Notes: generated by a model from the sequence alone, not told the origin. Counted from the first letter of the stretch, positions 28,163 through 39,764 are shown. The stretch is 64,000 bases of DNA from an uncultured virus (IMG/VR IMGVR_UViG_3300020047_004915) (IMGVR_UViG_3300020047_004915); one strand, 5' to 3'. A program made the numbers and translations.

Positions 28163-28680
28163 ACCGTTTCCCCTTGGCACCTAGAGCCAAAACCAATCTA
28201 CAAACAGCAATGATGAGCTTTATCTTTGATCCTTTCATGAAGTACTGGAACAGGAGAGTAGATAAGCTCATTGAGAAACATGTACTGTTATGTTCATCAA
28301 CACAGTATGGTTTTAGCTACAAGGGGGAAGATTTTACAGGCAGCGGTAAACAATTACTTCGTCCTCCGGTACAAAGGCTGCATAAGTCATTGGCAATAGA
28401 TATGGATGACCTCTTACGTGAGAGGGAGACGGTAACTCTATATGAGGAACCTCTTGTGAAATCTGTGCTATGTGCATTGATGAATCTTTCCAATAACCCA
28501 TGGGATTACTTCCAGATACTCCCTAAAGAACTCCACCCTGCTTGGGAACACTTCAAAGCCAAGATGCCTACAGGGTATGAGTCAGAAGTAACTGACAGCA
28601 TCATCTCTGCCTTTCAAACCAAACACAAAGCAGTATTTGATGTTGTGCGTATTCGTATGGTCACTAACTTAATTCTCTGA
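28159..28680 (+). CDS. Hypothetical protein between helicase and polymerase
   Basis: Coupled 173-aa ORF at the position usual for N4-like phages. Confidence 0.75.
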   Translation: MNRFPLAPRAKTNLQTAMMSFIFDPFMKYWNRRVDKLIEKHVLLCSSTQYGFSYKGEDFTGSGKQLLRPPVQRLHKSLAIDMDDLLRERETVTLYEEPLVKSVLCALMNLSNNPWDYFQILPKELHPAWEHFKAKMPTGYESEVTDSIISAFQTKHKAVFDVVRIRMVTNLIL

Positions 28681-28687
28681 GGAAACC

Positions 28688-31297
28688 ATGAGACATATTC
28701 TGTTTGAGGAATCAGATTCCTATCCTATTGCTCTACTGTTCAAGGCTACTGCTCTGAACAAGAAACAGATATGGGAAAACTATGTGTTTCCTCTAGAGGG
28801 ACAGGGTATACCTGCAGCCAACTGCATTGCTTTTGACCTTGAGTATAATGACAAAGGCAAAGCACCTGCAGGGTTCATCAAAGAGTACCTTGATCCATTA
28901 CTGAAGGCACTTCACTCATTGGGTACCAAGTTCCTGTATGTAGCTGACACCAACTACTTCAAGGTACTGACCAAGCAAACCAAGTCAGAAGTACACCTTG
29001 GTTATGTTCTTCCCTGTGCCATCAAGGGGTATGAACACATGCAAGTGGTCTATGGTATCAGCCATCAGATATTGATCTTCAACCCAGAGATGAAAAACCA
29101 ACTGAAGCTGAGTGTGGATACCTTGGCTTCAGCTTACAAGGGTACCTACGTTCCCTTGGGACAAGGAATCATCCATTCTGCTACGTACCCTGAAACCCTC
29201 AAGGAGCTTCAGGAAGCCTTGGACAGTCTCCACCAGTACCCAAGGCTCACCGCTGACATTGAAGCCTTCTCCTTGCGCTTCTGGGAGGCTGGAATAGCTA
29301 CCTGTGCCTTCGCATGGGATGAGCATAATGGTATGGCTTTCGCCTGTGACTATTCATACGCAGACGATGAAGACCACGGAGTATTTATCCCAGATAGGGA
29401 AGTACGACAAATGCTCAAGCAATTCCTATTGGACTACAAGGGAACCTTGATCTGGCATAACTCTGGGTATGATGTGAAGGTCATCATCTATACCTTGTGG
29501 ATGGAACATCCTCAGGACTGGAAAGGACTTCAAGAAGGTCTTCATCATATGTGCAAAGGCTGGCATGACACCATGATCATTGCCTACCTTGCCACCAATA
29601 CCACTGCAGGTAATGTGCTTGGTTTGAAACCATTGGCACATGAGTTTGCAGGTAACTGGGCAGTGGAAGAAATCAAGGATGTAGGTAAGATTCCTTTACC
29701 TAAACTACGGGAATACAACCTGATAGATGCGTTGAGTACATTCTATGTATTCAACAAGTACTACAACATTATGGTGGAGGATAACCAGAAAGACTTCTAC
29801 TACTCTATGGCTTTACCAAGCCAGAAGGTACTGATTCAGATTGAATTGACAGGAATGCCTATGTCATTTCAGAAGATTCAGGAAGTTGAAAGCACACTGC
29901 AAACCATGAAAGATAAAGCATGTGCAGTCATTGAGTCTCACCAGTTAATCAAGGACATCAACTTCACATTGCAAAATGATGCTATGGAAGCTGCCAATGC
30001 CAAGCTGAAGACAAAGCAACATCCATTGTCCAAGTTTGCAGATGTAGTGTTCAATCCCGGTAGTTCCAAGAACATGCAGAAGCTGTTGTACTCTGTCATG
30101 GGTTTGCCTGTGATTGATTACACAGATACTAAGCAACCTGCAGTAGGTGCAGATACCTTGGAAAAGTTAGTGCATCACTGCACTGATGATACTCATAAGG
30201 AACTCCTGAAATCATTCGTGGACTATGCCAAGGTAGAAAAGATTCTAAGTACCTTCATTGCTGCAATGAAGCGTGGTTTTGTCAAAGCAGATGGAGTGAT
30301 GTACTTACATGGTAGCTTCATGTTTGGAGGTACTGTATCTGGACGATTAAGCTCTAACTCTCCAAATTTACAAAATCTGCCCTCCAACTCTTCATTAGCC
30401 AAGCTAATCAAGATGTGTTTCATGCCTGCAATGGGATGGTTGTTCTGTGGTGCAGATTTTTCTTCTTTAGAAGATAAAATCAACAGCCTACTCACCAAAG
30501 ACCCTAACAAGATCAAAGTGTACACATCAGGGTACGATGGTCATGCTCTACGTGCTTATGCTTACTTTGGTGATCAGATGCCTGATATCCAGAATACAGT
30601 TGAATCTATCAACTCAATTGCAGACAAGAAGCATCCACACTATCACCTACGTCAAGACAGTAAGTCTCCTACCTTTGCACTTACTTTCCAAGGTACATGG
30701 AGAACCATGGTAAAGAATCTTGGCTGGCCAGAGGAGAAAGCCAAGAAGGTAGAAGCCAATTACAACACCCTGTATCAAGTCTCAATCCAATGGGTTAAAG
30801 ACAAGATTCAAGGTGCCTGTGAGAAAGGCTATGCAGAGGTTGCCTTTGGTTTGAGGATACGCACACCACTCTTGGGACAGTCAGTACTTGGTGGTGGTGC
30901 TATCCGTGAAGCAGAAGCTGAAGCCAGAACACTGGGTAATGCTATCAGTGGTCAGAGCTATGGGCTACTGAACAACAGAGCCATCAATGCTTTCATGGCT
31001 AAGGTATGGGACTCACCCTTCAAGTACGACATCTTGCCCGTAGCACTCATTCACGATGCTATCTATCTGATGGTCAAGGATGACGTTGAAGTAGTGGCTT
31101 ACGTCAATGAACACTTGATCAAAGAGATGGAGTGGCAGGAGCTTCCTGAGATTCAACATGACCAAGTGAAGCTCAGTGCTGAAATTGATTTATTTTGGCC
31201 TTCGTGGGCAAACCCAATAACCATTCCCAATGGATTAAGCAAACAGCAGATTATTGATCTATGTGCTGAAGCCAAGAGGAAATATGAGGAGAAATGA
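28688..31297 (+). CDS. Family A DNA polymerase
   Basis: Exonuclease DIE, TVSGRLSSNSPNLQNLP, motif A ADFSSLE, motif B RQDSKSPTF, motif C IHDA. Confidence 0.97.
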   Translation: MRHILFEESDSYPIALLFKATALNKKQIWENYVFPLEGQGIPAANCIAFDLEYNDKGKAPAGFIKEYLDPLLKALHSLGTKFLYVADTNYFKVLTKQTKSEVHLGYVLPCAIKGYEHMQVVYGISHQILIFNPEMKNQLKLSVDTLASAYKGTYVPLGQGIIHSATYPETLKELQEALDSLHQYPRLTADIEAFSLRFWEAGIATCAFAWDEHNGMAFACDYSYADDEDHGVFIPDREVRQMLKQFLLDYKGTLIWHNSGYDVKVIIYTLWMEHPQDWKGLQEGLHHMCKGWHDTMIIAYLATNTTAGNVLGLKPLAHEFAGNWAVEEIKDVGKIPLPKLREYNLIDALSTFYVFNKYYNIMVEDNQKDFYYSMALPSQKVLIQIELTGMPMSFQKIQEVESTLQTMKDKACAVIESHQLIKDINFTLQNDAMEAANAKLKTKQHPLSKFADVVFNPGSSKNMQKLLYSVMGLPVIDYTDTKQPAVGADTLEKLVHHCTDDTHKELLKSFVDYAKVEKILSTFIAAMKRGFVKADGVMYLHGSFMFGGTVSGRLSSNSPNLQNLPSNSSLAKLIKMCFMPAMGWLFCGADFSSLEDKINSLLTKDPNKIKVYTSGYDGHALRAYAYFGDQMPDIQNTVESINSIADKKHPHYHLRQDSKSPTFALTFQGTWRTMVKNLGWPEEKAKKVEANYNTLYQVSIQWVKDKIQGACEKGYAEVAFGLRIRTPLLGQSVLGGGAIREAEAEARTLGNAISGQSYGLLNNRAINAFMAKVWDSPFKYDILPVALIHDAIYLMVKDDVEVVAYVNEHLIKEMEWQELPEIQHDQVKLSAEIDLFWPSWANPITIPNGLSKQQIIDLCAEAKRKYEEK

Positions 31298-31417
31298 TTA
31301 CATGAAACCACGACGTAAACGTAAGCCACAGATTACCTATGAATACCTATGGTGCTGTTATGCAATAGCATGGGGTATTAACGTCTACGATGAAACCAAA
31401 CAACAGAGGACTGTGGT

Positions 31418-32983
31418 ATGAACTCTAAACGTATATCCATGTCTTTCAGTGGGGATAGTCTACAGACTATTCGTTGTGCTGTGGAACTTGCCATAGAAGC
31501 AGTGCATATGCACATTGCTTCTTGTCCTAATGTAGAAGAATACGCAGAAGACATTGAAGTACTTGAGCAAGACAAACAAGTATTCAAAGACTTACTGCTA
31601 CGTATTGATAAGAAACTGGAGTCAAGATGATCTCACGTAAAGAATATATGGAATCTTCTCTTGAAGCCAGACAGGATATGCATACCAAGTATTATGAGCA
31701 ATTCTCTGCTTTACCTTTTTATTGGATTAAACACTATCCACGCTGGCAACGTATTGTTGAGAAAGCACGTAAATCTAGAGATAAACATCTCAATGATATT
31801 CCTTTGAAAGAATGGGATAATCTTAAGCCTGTGCCTATCCCATACAACCTAGCCAACCTAGTGCGTAGCTGTGGTGATTACATTACTGCTGCAGGTTGGG
31901 TATGTATTGCCAAGTGTGCTGTACGCAAATACATCAGAGAGAATCCAAATGGATGACATCCTTATTGATTGGCCATTGTTCCATGAACAGAAAGCAATGC
32001 TCATTGCTATGGCCGATAACACCAAGCGTTCAAGACGTAGTGTAGAGCTATTGGATGGCTTGATTGCTCTCATGGATACTCTTCAAGATACGCTTGAAGT
32101 ACCCAAGGAACCCGTAGTCACTGAAGCCATGAACCAAGCAGGTAATGACATTGCTGCTGAACTTTTTACTGCAAGTGTAGCCAAGAGTATGAATGGCTTA
32201 GGAGGTTCACCTACCTATGAGGAATGGCTTAACAAAGAAGTAGCAAACCGTGACCTCTGTATTGCATACTCTAAGTCTGAAATTGATTCAGTAACTGCAA
32301 TCTATCTGGCTATGGTGAGGGCCAAGACACTATGAAACTTGAAGAAGCACAAGCATTGAAAGTAGGTGACACTGTTAAGTGTCCTAAAGACCGAGGAGAC
32401 AAAGGTTACGATGGTGTTGTTACCTTTGTAGGTGAGACAGTACAAACCCATGCTTCTGTACCTGAACCATTCATCTGGGTAACAGTACAGAAAGCTACTA
32501 CCAGACACACATGGTCAAGTAATAGGTTGAGTAAATAATGTTTACATTATTGATTGCAGCCATTATTGCTTGGTCTATTCATAGGGGAATGCAATGAACG
32601 GATATATGGTTTTCTACAAAGGTAAAATATGGGAAGTACACGCAGATACTTCCTATGAAGCTACCCAGAAGGGTATGGCTCATTTTAAAACCAAGAAGAT
32701 GTGGGAAGTTACTGTTGTACTTGCAGAAAAAGCAGGTGAACAGGTAACAACCATGATCACTGATTAGAGGTGTAACATGAAATACGAGACTAGGCTCAGA
32801 GGTAATGCTTACCAATGTGAAGCCAAGTTCAGAGAACATGAAGGTCAGCAGCTTGTAGATGTTTACATCACTGACCTTCAGGGTAAACCAATTGTCTTCA
32901 AACCTACAGAACAAGAATTGAATTGGGTATTAGAGGAATGCAGCTTGGCTATGTATGCCGAGAGTAGAGGAATTGACTATTAG
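31418..32983 (+). CDS. Run of small hypothetical genes (31418-31630, 31627-31956, 31949-32335, 32332-32538, 32777-32983)
   Basis: Overlapping starts and stops; co-oriented with the middle region. Confidence 0.65.
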
Positions 32984-33432
32984 AGAAGCTGTCTCTCAGC
33001 TTCTCTTCTACGTGTCAGTCCCTTGAGTATCTTACCTCCTGCCTTGTTCCACTTCATGATCTGTACCTTGGCATCAAGCCAGTCACCTTGATTCACACGC
33101 TTACGTAAGGTGCTGGCTTTCAGGTTTCCCAAGCCAAGATTGAAAGCAAAGTCCAGGAGTGCAGCCAAGCGTTCTGGAGTATCAGCACCAGTACATAGGC
33201 GAGTAACACCGGGAAGGAAGCCTCTCTCAAGATGCCATGTCAGGAGAGCCTCTGCACGAGCTTTGGTGATTGGTTTATCACGGAGGGATACCTTTCTACC
33301 ATCTTCATAGAAGGTAGCCCCATAACCGATTGTAGGGACTCCAGCAGGACACAGATATGGGGATAGGTACAGACCCTCAAAGCGTCTGCATAATGCTGAA
33401 GCCAGTTTGAGTACCAATACCTTATCCATCAC
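32980..33432 (-). CDS. Endolysin (GH24 lysozyme)
   Basis: FEGLYLSPYLCPAGVPTIGYG catalytic pattern, FAFNLG, GLTRRREAE. Confidence 0.95.
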   Translation of the reverse strand: MMDKVLVLKLASALCRRFEGLYLSPYLCPAGVPTIGYGATFYEDGRKVSLRDKPITKARAEALLTWHLERGFLPGVTRLCTGADTPERLAALLDFAFNLGLGNLKASTLRKRVNQGDWLDAKVQIMKWNKAGGKILKGLTRRREAERQLL

Positions 33433-33890
33433 TTACCTCGCTTGGTAAGAGAACGATCTGCCAAGAACAAACCAAGAGCAGCACTGAATACTTCACGATG
33501 CCAGTCTGTCAGATGACCTAAGAGAGTAATCTCAAGAAGCATAGCAATCACTGCAATGGTAGCTACACCGGGACGGATAGACTGATTCCAGCCATCAATC
33601 CATGTAACTCCTGTACGAGAGCTTGTAGCTTTACTGGCTTCAATCCAAGCATCCAGTTCACCTTCTTCAATGACAGCTTGATGTTCTGTGTATACCTTCT
33701 TGATACCGAGATCACTTTGTACCTTGAGGTTCTCCAAGTTACGAGCATGAAGCTTAATTTCAGCTTCTTGCTGTAGTACCAGCATCTCTTTCTCATGCTT
33801 ATGGTCTTGGTTCTTCGTAACATAAGCAGATACCTCTCCCCACATCATACGGAAGACTGAACCACCCAAGAAAGATAAGATTGCACTCAT
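33429..33890 (-). CDS. Putative holin-like membrane protein
   Basis: WIDGWNQSIRP followed by hydrophobic segments and a basic tail; coupled to the endolysin gene. Confidence 0.55.
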   Translation of the reverse strand: MSAILSFLGGSVFRMMWGEVSAYVTKNQDHKHEKEMLVLQQEAEIKLHARNLENLKVQSDLGIKKVYTEHQAVIEEGELDAWIEASKATSSRTGVTWIDGWNQSIRPGVATIAVIAMLLEITLLGHLTDWHREVFSAALGLFLADRSLTKRGK

Positions 33891-33897
33891 ATATCAC

Positions 33898-34311
33898 CTA
33901 AAAGAAATTGGCAGGTATCTTTGCCAGCTGTGTTTGGCTAGTCCACCATGAATGGCAAAGGTGACTGGCAGTAATCTCTATGTTGCCTGATGTTTTTGGA
34001 ATAGCTAACTGCCATGGCCCCCATCCAATATTTCCTACAGCATGAGTTGCAGTGTGGGGATACGCTGTATTGAGATATGTGATAGGGACTTCTCTGGTAA
34101 TTCTAGCTTGGGTAATAGAAGCAGACACCCCTGAGAACTGACAGTCTCTGGTTTTACGCATAAAACCAGACATAACTAAGTAGTCACCCTGTCGTTCAAC
34201 CTTTGAGATATGAAAGTCTTCAATAACAGGAAAGAACCAATGCTCTACTTTGTTGATCCCTAACACTATAAGCATACCAAGAATAAAGGGCCAACATCTT
34301 AGAGCTATCAT
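33898..34311 (-). CDS. Membrane-anchored hypothetical protein in the lysis cluster
   Basis: Probable start MIALRCWPFILGMLIVLG; N-terminal TM segment. Confidence 0.6.
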   Translation of the reverse strand: MIALRCWPFILGMLIVLGINKVEHWFFPVIEDFHISKVERQGDYLVMSGFMRKTRDCQFSGVSASITQARITREVPITYLNTAYPHTATHAVGNIGWGPWQLAIPKTSGNIEITASHLCHSWWTSQTQLAKIPANFF

Positions 34312-34322
34312 GGTGTGTCTGC

Positions 34323-34601
34323 TCACTGTTTCACAAGAGTCTTCAGATACTCCCATAACGAGGTGCTTAAGAGTATTAAGCTTGCCCATATAATCCCAGT
34401 GATGGTCTTTTCTCGTACCGACTTCCATAGTGATGCCCTCTCTGCTGCATCTTTGATGTATTGTTCATGTACTTTACGGTGTGCGGCTAAATCACCTTCA
34501 GGGAATCCACTCTCAACCTTCTTATCCAAAGAATGTAGCTGACTATGGATATGCTGAAAGTGATCCCTGAGGTGTTCAGGGATACTCTCTGGATGCTTCA
34601 A
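34323..34601 (-). CDS. Small protein with a C-terminal TM segment (holin/antiholin candidate)
   Basis: Strong AGGAGG RBS; ITGIIWASLILLSTSLW. Confidence 0.6.
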   Translation of the reverse strand: MKHPESIPEHLRDHFQHIHSQLHSLDKKVESGFPEGDLAAHRKVHEQYIKDAAERASLWKSVREKTITGIIWASLILLSTSLWEYLKTLVKQ

Positions 34602-34620
34602 AATGTATCCCTCCTATTTC

Positions 34621-35250
34621 TTATGATGCAGTTATATCTACTGTGTAAGCTTTGATGGTGAGGGTGTGTGCGGAATTAACACATTGACCACTAATAACAA
34701 GATAACTGTCATTACTCATGTTCACTGTGCCAGCAACAGGTGCACCGGATGAGTTACCATAAGGTGTAGACACTGATACTGCATACCCCAATTGAGCATT
34801 TGCAGATGCAGTTGAAGTACGTATCTTACACATATTCTGAGCAGTAGCTGTGGTTGATGTGGTACCAGTCAAGAACTCTGTACCCAACAAATTATCTACA
34901 GCACCCAGACGTATACGAAGTACCTTGTTAATAGCTGCATTGGTATACGTAGTCATGACAGTAACATCAATGTCATACCCTGCACCGATCAAACCAGCAG
35001 GAAGAAGTAACCCTGCTACTCTTTGCTCAGCAACAGACACAGAGCCTAAGATAACAATATCAGCTACGTTGTTATACAGCCTCAAAGTTCCTTCAGGAAT
35101 CCAACAAGCACCATCACTACGAAACCAATGCTCAAGATCAGTCATCCAAAGACGAAAGCCAGCAAATGAAATAGCACTAGGACGGTTAGCCCAAGTACAT
35201 GGCGTAAGCTCAGTGACTCTCGCATTACCTACTTTACCTATAGCAGCCAT
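34621..35250 (-). CDS. Putative tail-associated structural protein
   Basis: Beta-rich, Ala/Thr/Gly-rich; downstream of the tail fibre gene. Confidence 0.55.
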   Translation of the reverse strand: MAAIGKVGNARVTELTPCTWANRPSAISFAGFRLWMTDLEHWFRSDGACWIPEGTLRLYNNVADIVILGSVSVAEQRVAGLLLPAGLIGAGYDIDVTVMTTYTNAAINKVLRIRLGAVDNLLGTEFLTGTTSTTATAQNMCKIRTSTASANAQLGYAVSVSTPYGNSSGAPVAGTVNMSNDSYLVISGQCVNSAHTLTIKAYTVDITAS

Positions 35251-35251
35251 G

Positions 35252-35587
35252 TTACCACCCCTTCAAAATAGGTTGCCAATAGGCAGCACCAGCGAAACCA
35301 GTCATGGTGATCTTAACTGCATCCAGTACTACACCAGAGATAGAAATGGTGTCATCACCTGTAAGAGTTAGGGATACAGTATTACCATTGGAATCCTTCA
35401 GAGTATGCCATCGGTTACTGTCTTTGGCTTGATACTTAACAGTTACCGCACCACCTGAAGGAACAACATCAGACAGGATAATCAACTGATGATCTGTACA
35501 TTCAGTGACACTACCAGTACTTAACAATTGATCAGTAATGTCTCCTGTGTTACGTACACTACCTAATTTACTATACAAAACTTTCAT
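35252..35587 (-). CDS. Hypothetical structural protein
   Basis: GAGGT RBS before MKVLYSK; beta-rich. Confidence 0.6.
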   Translation of the reverse strand: MKVLYSKLGSVRNTGDITDQLLSTGSVTECTDHQLIILSDVVPSGGAVTVKYQAKDSNRWHTLKDSNGNTVSLTLTGDDTISISGVVLDAVKITMTGFAGAAYWQPILKGW

Positions 35588-35634
35588 AACCCACCTCATT
35601 AAAATGCCTACTGGATTACAGTAGGCAAGTAAAG

Positions 35635-38600
35635 TTATACAAATTTCAGGATAGCATAGCCATACTGAACACTACTTACATCTACATCAAATACCAAGGA
35701 ACTGGTAGCAGAAGTAGACAGTACATCCACATTACTGGATTTCTCTACCACTGTGAAAGATTTACCATGCAAATCTGTGGGGAGCACTACTCGGTCAATC
35801 CCGCTAACATGCCAATCCACATAGAAGTAGGTACCTGAGTTAGTACGTACAGGGTAAGCACAGGTACGATTGACAGAGTTGATCAGGATGTTACGGTAGC
35901 CTGTGATCTTCCAATGCTGTCCTACATCCGGTGAATACGTTCCCTTATCAATGGCAGAGAGGTACACCTTAGAAGACGAGGTACTCAATTCCAGGGACTT
36001 TACCGTGGTATTGGTACGACGCACACTAGGATCAGCAGCATCCTCAGGCAAGTAGCCGATAGCGAAACCAACAGTATCATTCAACATGACTACACGATCA
36101 GGAGACAAACCAGTAGGTTCAATCAGACTTGGTAAGAACTTCAAACGTGCAGACCATCCAGACTCAGGTGCATCATCCTTCAGGTTGTAATCATAAGCAG
36201 TACCTTCGTGAGTTAGAGGAAGAGTCTTGGGGATGTAATACACCACATCACCAGAGACACCTGAAGTCATACGAGCAGCCTGTAAAAACATGATGTCTTG
36301 AAGATTCAGATCATTCTTCAGTACAAGGAAATCACTATGCACAGTACAGTTGCCATCAGTATCAAAGACATAAGCCATAGACACTGAAGCACAGGCATCT
36401 GCTTCAGGAACTGTATAACCACCAGCACCATTGGCTTCCACCCAAGCTACGATGTCAGGCTTAGCCATCAAGTCATAGGACTCAACGAAGGTAACAGAGT
36501 GCTTGTAGTTCATGCTTCCTGTAGTAGCAGTAATCTCCTCACCATCTACAAAACATTGGATATTACGGTTCTTGAATGGAGGGTACCATTGTGCTGAAGA
36601 GGCAGCTACAGACACAGTGAAATTAGATGTATTGGTACCCCCAGACACATAAGTGAACGTACCAATAGGTGTATTACCGTTACCTGAACGAGCAGTCATG
36701 TACAAAGTGTTTACACTAGGCACTCCAACAATAACATGTTGGGTACCAGACACTGAGTAGATGGAACCAATGTCATCTACAGTCTTACCGTGTGCAGTAA
36801 GTGTAAGCAAAGTCATGGCATACCCATGACCAGCACCAACAGTTGCAATGGTACTACCGAAGCGATATGGAGCCATATCATCCGTGCAGTCCTTATGCTC
36901 TACACCATCCACAAGGTCAGCATCAAACTCAAAGACACTACAGGCAGAAATGGAAGTATCAGGCCAAGGAGTGAAAGTACGTTTGATGGTTCTACCTTCA
37001 CGCACTACTTCAATGTAGCTCTTTGTGGATACACCAGTACCATTTAAAACCAGAAGTGATTTGGTAGAGATAGGAATACGATCCACGATACTTGGGGTAA
37101 TGGATTCTGCACGAACCAACCGAAGTGTCTCACCATAAGGAACATACACTGTAGGAGTGTTACCCGGTTCTACCTGAAGGTCGATACAGTCATCAATTGT
37201 GGTTACTGTGGCACTGCCCTTATACAAACCAATAACCATGTGGGTTGCAGTCACAGGGGCAGTGACTACAAGAGGAAGAGTTGCAGTGCCATTGTAGGAA
37301 CCAGCAACTACAGCAGAAGGACTAGCAGAGGTAAAGAAAGAAACACCCTGTCTACCTCTAGCACCACTGATAACATACTGTTCTCCTGCAGTTACAGGAA
37401 TGTAATCACTACACCCCCAGTCAGTACCAGACACTATTTGACCTGTACCACTGCTAATGTACTTACCGTCTTGTATAGCAGTCAGATCAAGCAGATTGAC
37501 ACTGGCAGTAACTTCCTCATAACTCTTAACTTCAGGGTTATTCTCAAGGTCAGTGATACGTGCAACAGCAGCCAACAAGGCTGTATTGACAGTTTCTGGA
37601 GTATGTGGACTCACCGAACCCAATACATCATAAGCAAAGTTGTAGCGATTCATTACCCTGTCTTGAATAGCATAAGTCACACCAGTAACAAGATGAGAGG
37701 AATCACGAGAAGGCAATACTGCACCAATAACCATATTAGTTGCTGTTGCAGGGACTTCACCGTACACCAGTACCAGATATACACCAGAAGACACTTCTTC
37801 AATAACTTCTGTCATGGTACCGGGAACAAGTACTTCAGACACATTAGAGAATTGAGATACCGTAGTAGGTGTTGCGTCACTAAGCAGGTAACATCCCATA
37901 ATAACTTGCTTACCAATGGAACCTGCAGGCAATGGTATCTTTACCATGGTGTTTAGACTGGCAGTACCAGAAGCATTCCAAACACCTTTGGTAGCACCAA
38001 GAGCAACCAGATAAGAATTAACAATAGTGACAAAACCAGCAGTACCTGAACGCATTGTAGGTAGCACAGAGTCAGTAAACACAGGTTCAGGATTTTGGTT
38101 TCTTACTGCGATAGGAGAAACCAATGAGTAAATACCCTGCAAAGAAGGGTAAGACTTCACAAAGGTGGCACTACCTAAGTGTTGGTACAAATCCAAGAAT
38201 CCTTCCGCTTCTGCAGATGGAACACTGAAGTACTCATTAGAAGCTGTTCCTGCCATACCAAGTACTGTAGTTTCAAAGATATTACCACTAGCCAGTGCAG
38301 CATCTGCAGCACTCTCAGCGGTTGCTGCATGAATTGCTGCAGTAGCAGCTTGGACTCCAGCAGCTTCTTCAGAAACAAGGGCTGCCTCCGCAGAACTTTC
38401 TGCTGCATCCTTGTACACAAGAGTAGCTGCCTTATCCACAATAACAGCGGCGTGTACAATATCAATAGCTGCCTGTAATTCTTCAACATCTACCACAGAA
38501 CCTGCAATCTCTGAAGCTGTAGCCAGAGCAGCAGTTTGAATTGCTTGAGCAGTATTCAGTACCTGCATCATACCTACTTTGGTTTCAATCAAAGCATATA

Positions 38601-38928
38601 GACTTCTATCAGTACCCAACTTAAGATGTCTGCCCAAATCTACATACAGCAAGTTGGCAGCAAGCGGAGTAGAGGACTGTGGTACAAAGAACTTGAAACC
38701 AATGAAATCATCTACGCTTCCAGATGCTTTGGAAACATAGTAAGGTGCAGTAGTAGCATCCAAGGTAACAGTAGCAACACCAACACCGTCAGTAGTGAAG
38801 GTAACAGGGGCAGGAACTACATACTCAGGATCAACAGTACCATCCGGGTAAGTGGCAACTACTTTAAAGGAAGTATGGGGAATGACTTCACCATCTAACC
38901 CAGTAAGTGTAAAAACTACAGTAGTCAT
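35635..38928 (-). CDS. Tail fibre/tailspike (receptor-binding protein)
   Basis: 1097 aa; N-terminal adaptor, Ala-rich coiled segment, EYFSVPS...LY motif seen in tailspike N-termini, beta-rich C-terminus. Confidence 0.8.
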   Translation of the reverse strand: MTTVVFTLTGLDGEVIPHTSFKVVATYPDGTVDPEYVVPAPVTFTTDGVGVATVTLDATTAPYYVSKASGSVDDFIGFKFFVPQSSTPLAANLLYVDLGRHLKLGTDRSLYALIETKVGMMQVLNTAQAIQTAALATASEIAGSVVDVEELQAAIDIVHAAVIVDKAATLVYKDAAESSAEAALVSEEAAGVQAATAAIHAATAESAADAALASGNIFETTVLGMAGTASNEYFSVPSAEAEGFLDLYQHLGSATFVKSYPSLQGIYSLVSPIAVRNQNPEPVFTDSVLPTMRSGTAGFVTIVNSYLVALGATKGVWNASGTASLNTMVKIPLPAGSIGKQVIMGCYLLSDATPTTVSQFSNVSEVLVPGTMTEVIEEVSSGVYLVLVYGEVPATATNMVIGAVLPSRDSSHLVTGVTYAIQDRVMNRYNFAYDVLGSVSPHTPETVNTALLAAVARITDLENNPEVKSYEEVTASVNLLDLTAIQDGKYISSGTGQIVSGTDWGCSDYIPVTAGEQYVISGARGRQGVSFFTSASPSAVVAGSYNGTATLPLVVTAPVTATHMVIGLYKGSATVTTIDDCIDLQVEPGNTPTVYVPYGETLRLVRAESITPSIVDRIPISTKSLLVLNGTGVSTKSYIEVVREGRTIKRTFTPWPDTSISACSVFEFDADLVDGVEHKDCTDDMAPYRFGSTIATVGAGHGYAMTLLTLTAHGKTVDDIGSIYSVSGTQHVIVGVPSVNTLYMTARSGNGNTPIGTFTYVSGGTNTSNFTVSVAASSAQWYPPFKNRNIQCFVDGEEITATTGSMNYKHSVTFVESYDLMAKPDIVAWVEANGAGGYTVPEADACASVSMAYVFDTDGNCTVHSDFLVLKNDLNLQDIMFLQAARMTSGVSGDVVYYIPKTLPLTHEGTAYDYNLKDDAPESGWSARLKFLPSLIEPTGLSPDRVVMLNDTVGFAIGYLPEDAADPSVRRTNTTVKSLELSTSSSKVYLSAIDKGTYSPDVGQHWKITGYRNILINSVNRTCAYPVRTNSGTYFYVDWHVSGIDRVVLPTDLHGKSFTVVEKSSNVDVLSTSATSSLVFDVDVSSVQYGYAILKFV

Positions 38929-39026
38929 TGACTATCTCCATACAAAAATGAATAAATTATCAGAAGCTATTATCACAGAATTGCCTAAAAATCCTATATC
39001 TTTTTCACCAACCATAGGAAATTAAG

Positions 39027-39764
39027 ATGAAAGCAGTGTACCAAGATCACTACCTGTCAGATACTGACGTAGCTAACTTTGCCAGACAAAGCTTTGCCAA
39101 GGTAGCAGAACAGTTCACACCAGAACAAAACCATAACCTAATCAAGTTCTTAGCTAGGGGAATGGCTTCAGGTGACTGGAATAATCTCATGGAAGAGCTG
39201 CTTAATATTGAAAGTAAGGATGATGCAGAAGCTCTTGCAGTACACCTACGTAACATCCCTGAGCATTGGGTACCATTTGGACATCCCCAGATCACTCTTC
39301 GTATGCAGGCACCTATCCCTGTTAGGGTGCAAAGTTTTAAACATAAGGTGGGATTTGTTGAGTCAGAGGAGTCTCGACGATATATCTCTAGTCGTCCTGA
39401 GCTCTTCATACCTAAGCATTTCAGAGCAGCCGCAGCTTCTGTTAAGCAAGGGAGTGCTGGCCCTCATACAGAGTCTGAACAGTGGAAGACTGTCTATACA
39501 GAGCACTGTACACAAGCACTGGACACCTATGAAGCCATGATTGCTGATGGAGTATGTCCAGAGCAGGCCAGACTTATACTGCCTCAAGGATGCGAAGTGA
39601 ACTGGGTATGGACAGGCTCTCTTTATGCCTATGCCAACTTCTACAACCAACGTTCTGACAGTCATGCTCAACAGGAAATCCAAGACCTTGCTGAAGCTGT
39701 GAATCAGATCATTGCACCCCTGTATCCTGTGTCTTGGAATGCCCTTACTCAAGGAGCGTATTGA
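39027..39764 (+). CDS. thyX: Flavin-dependent thymidylate synthase
   Basis: HWVPFGH, KHKVG...SEESRRY, GVCPEQARLILP, HAQQEI. Confidence 0.95.
   Translation: MKAVYQDHYLSDTDVANFARQSFAKVAEQFTPEQNHNLIKFLARGMASGDWNNLMEELLNIESKDDAEALAVHLRNIPEHWVPFGHPQITLRMQAPIPVRVQSFKHKVGFVESEESRRYISSRPELFIPKHFRAAAASVKQGSAGPHTESEQWKTVYTEHCTQALDTYEAMIADGVCPEQARLILPQGCEVNWVWTGSLYAYANFYNQRSDSHAQQEIQDLAEAVNQIIAPLYPVSWNALTQGAY

Noticed and set aside
37240..37956. 238-aa plus-strand ORF
   Set aside because: Antisense to the tail fibre gene with no recognisable features
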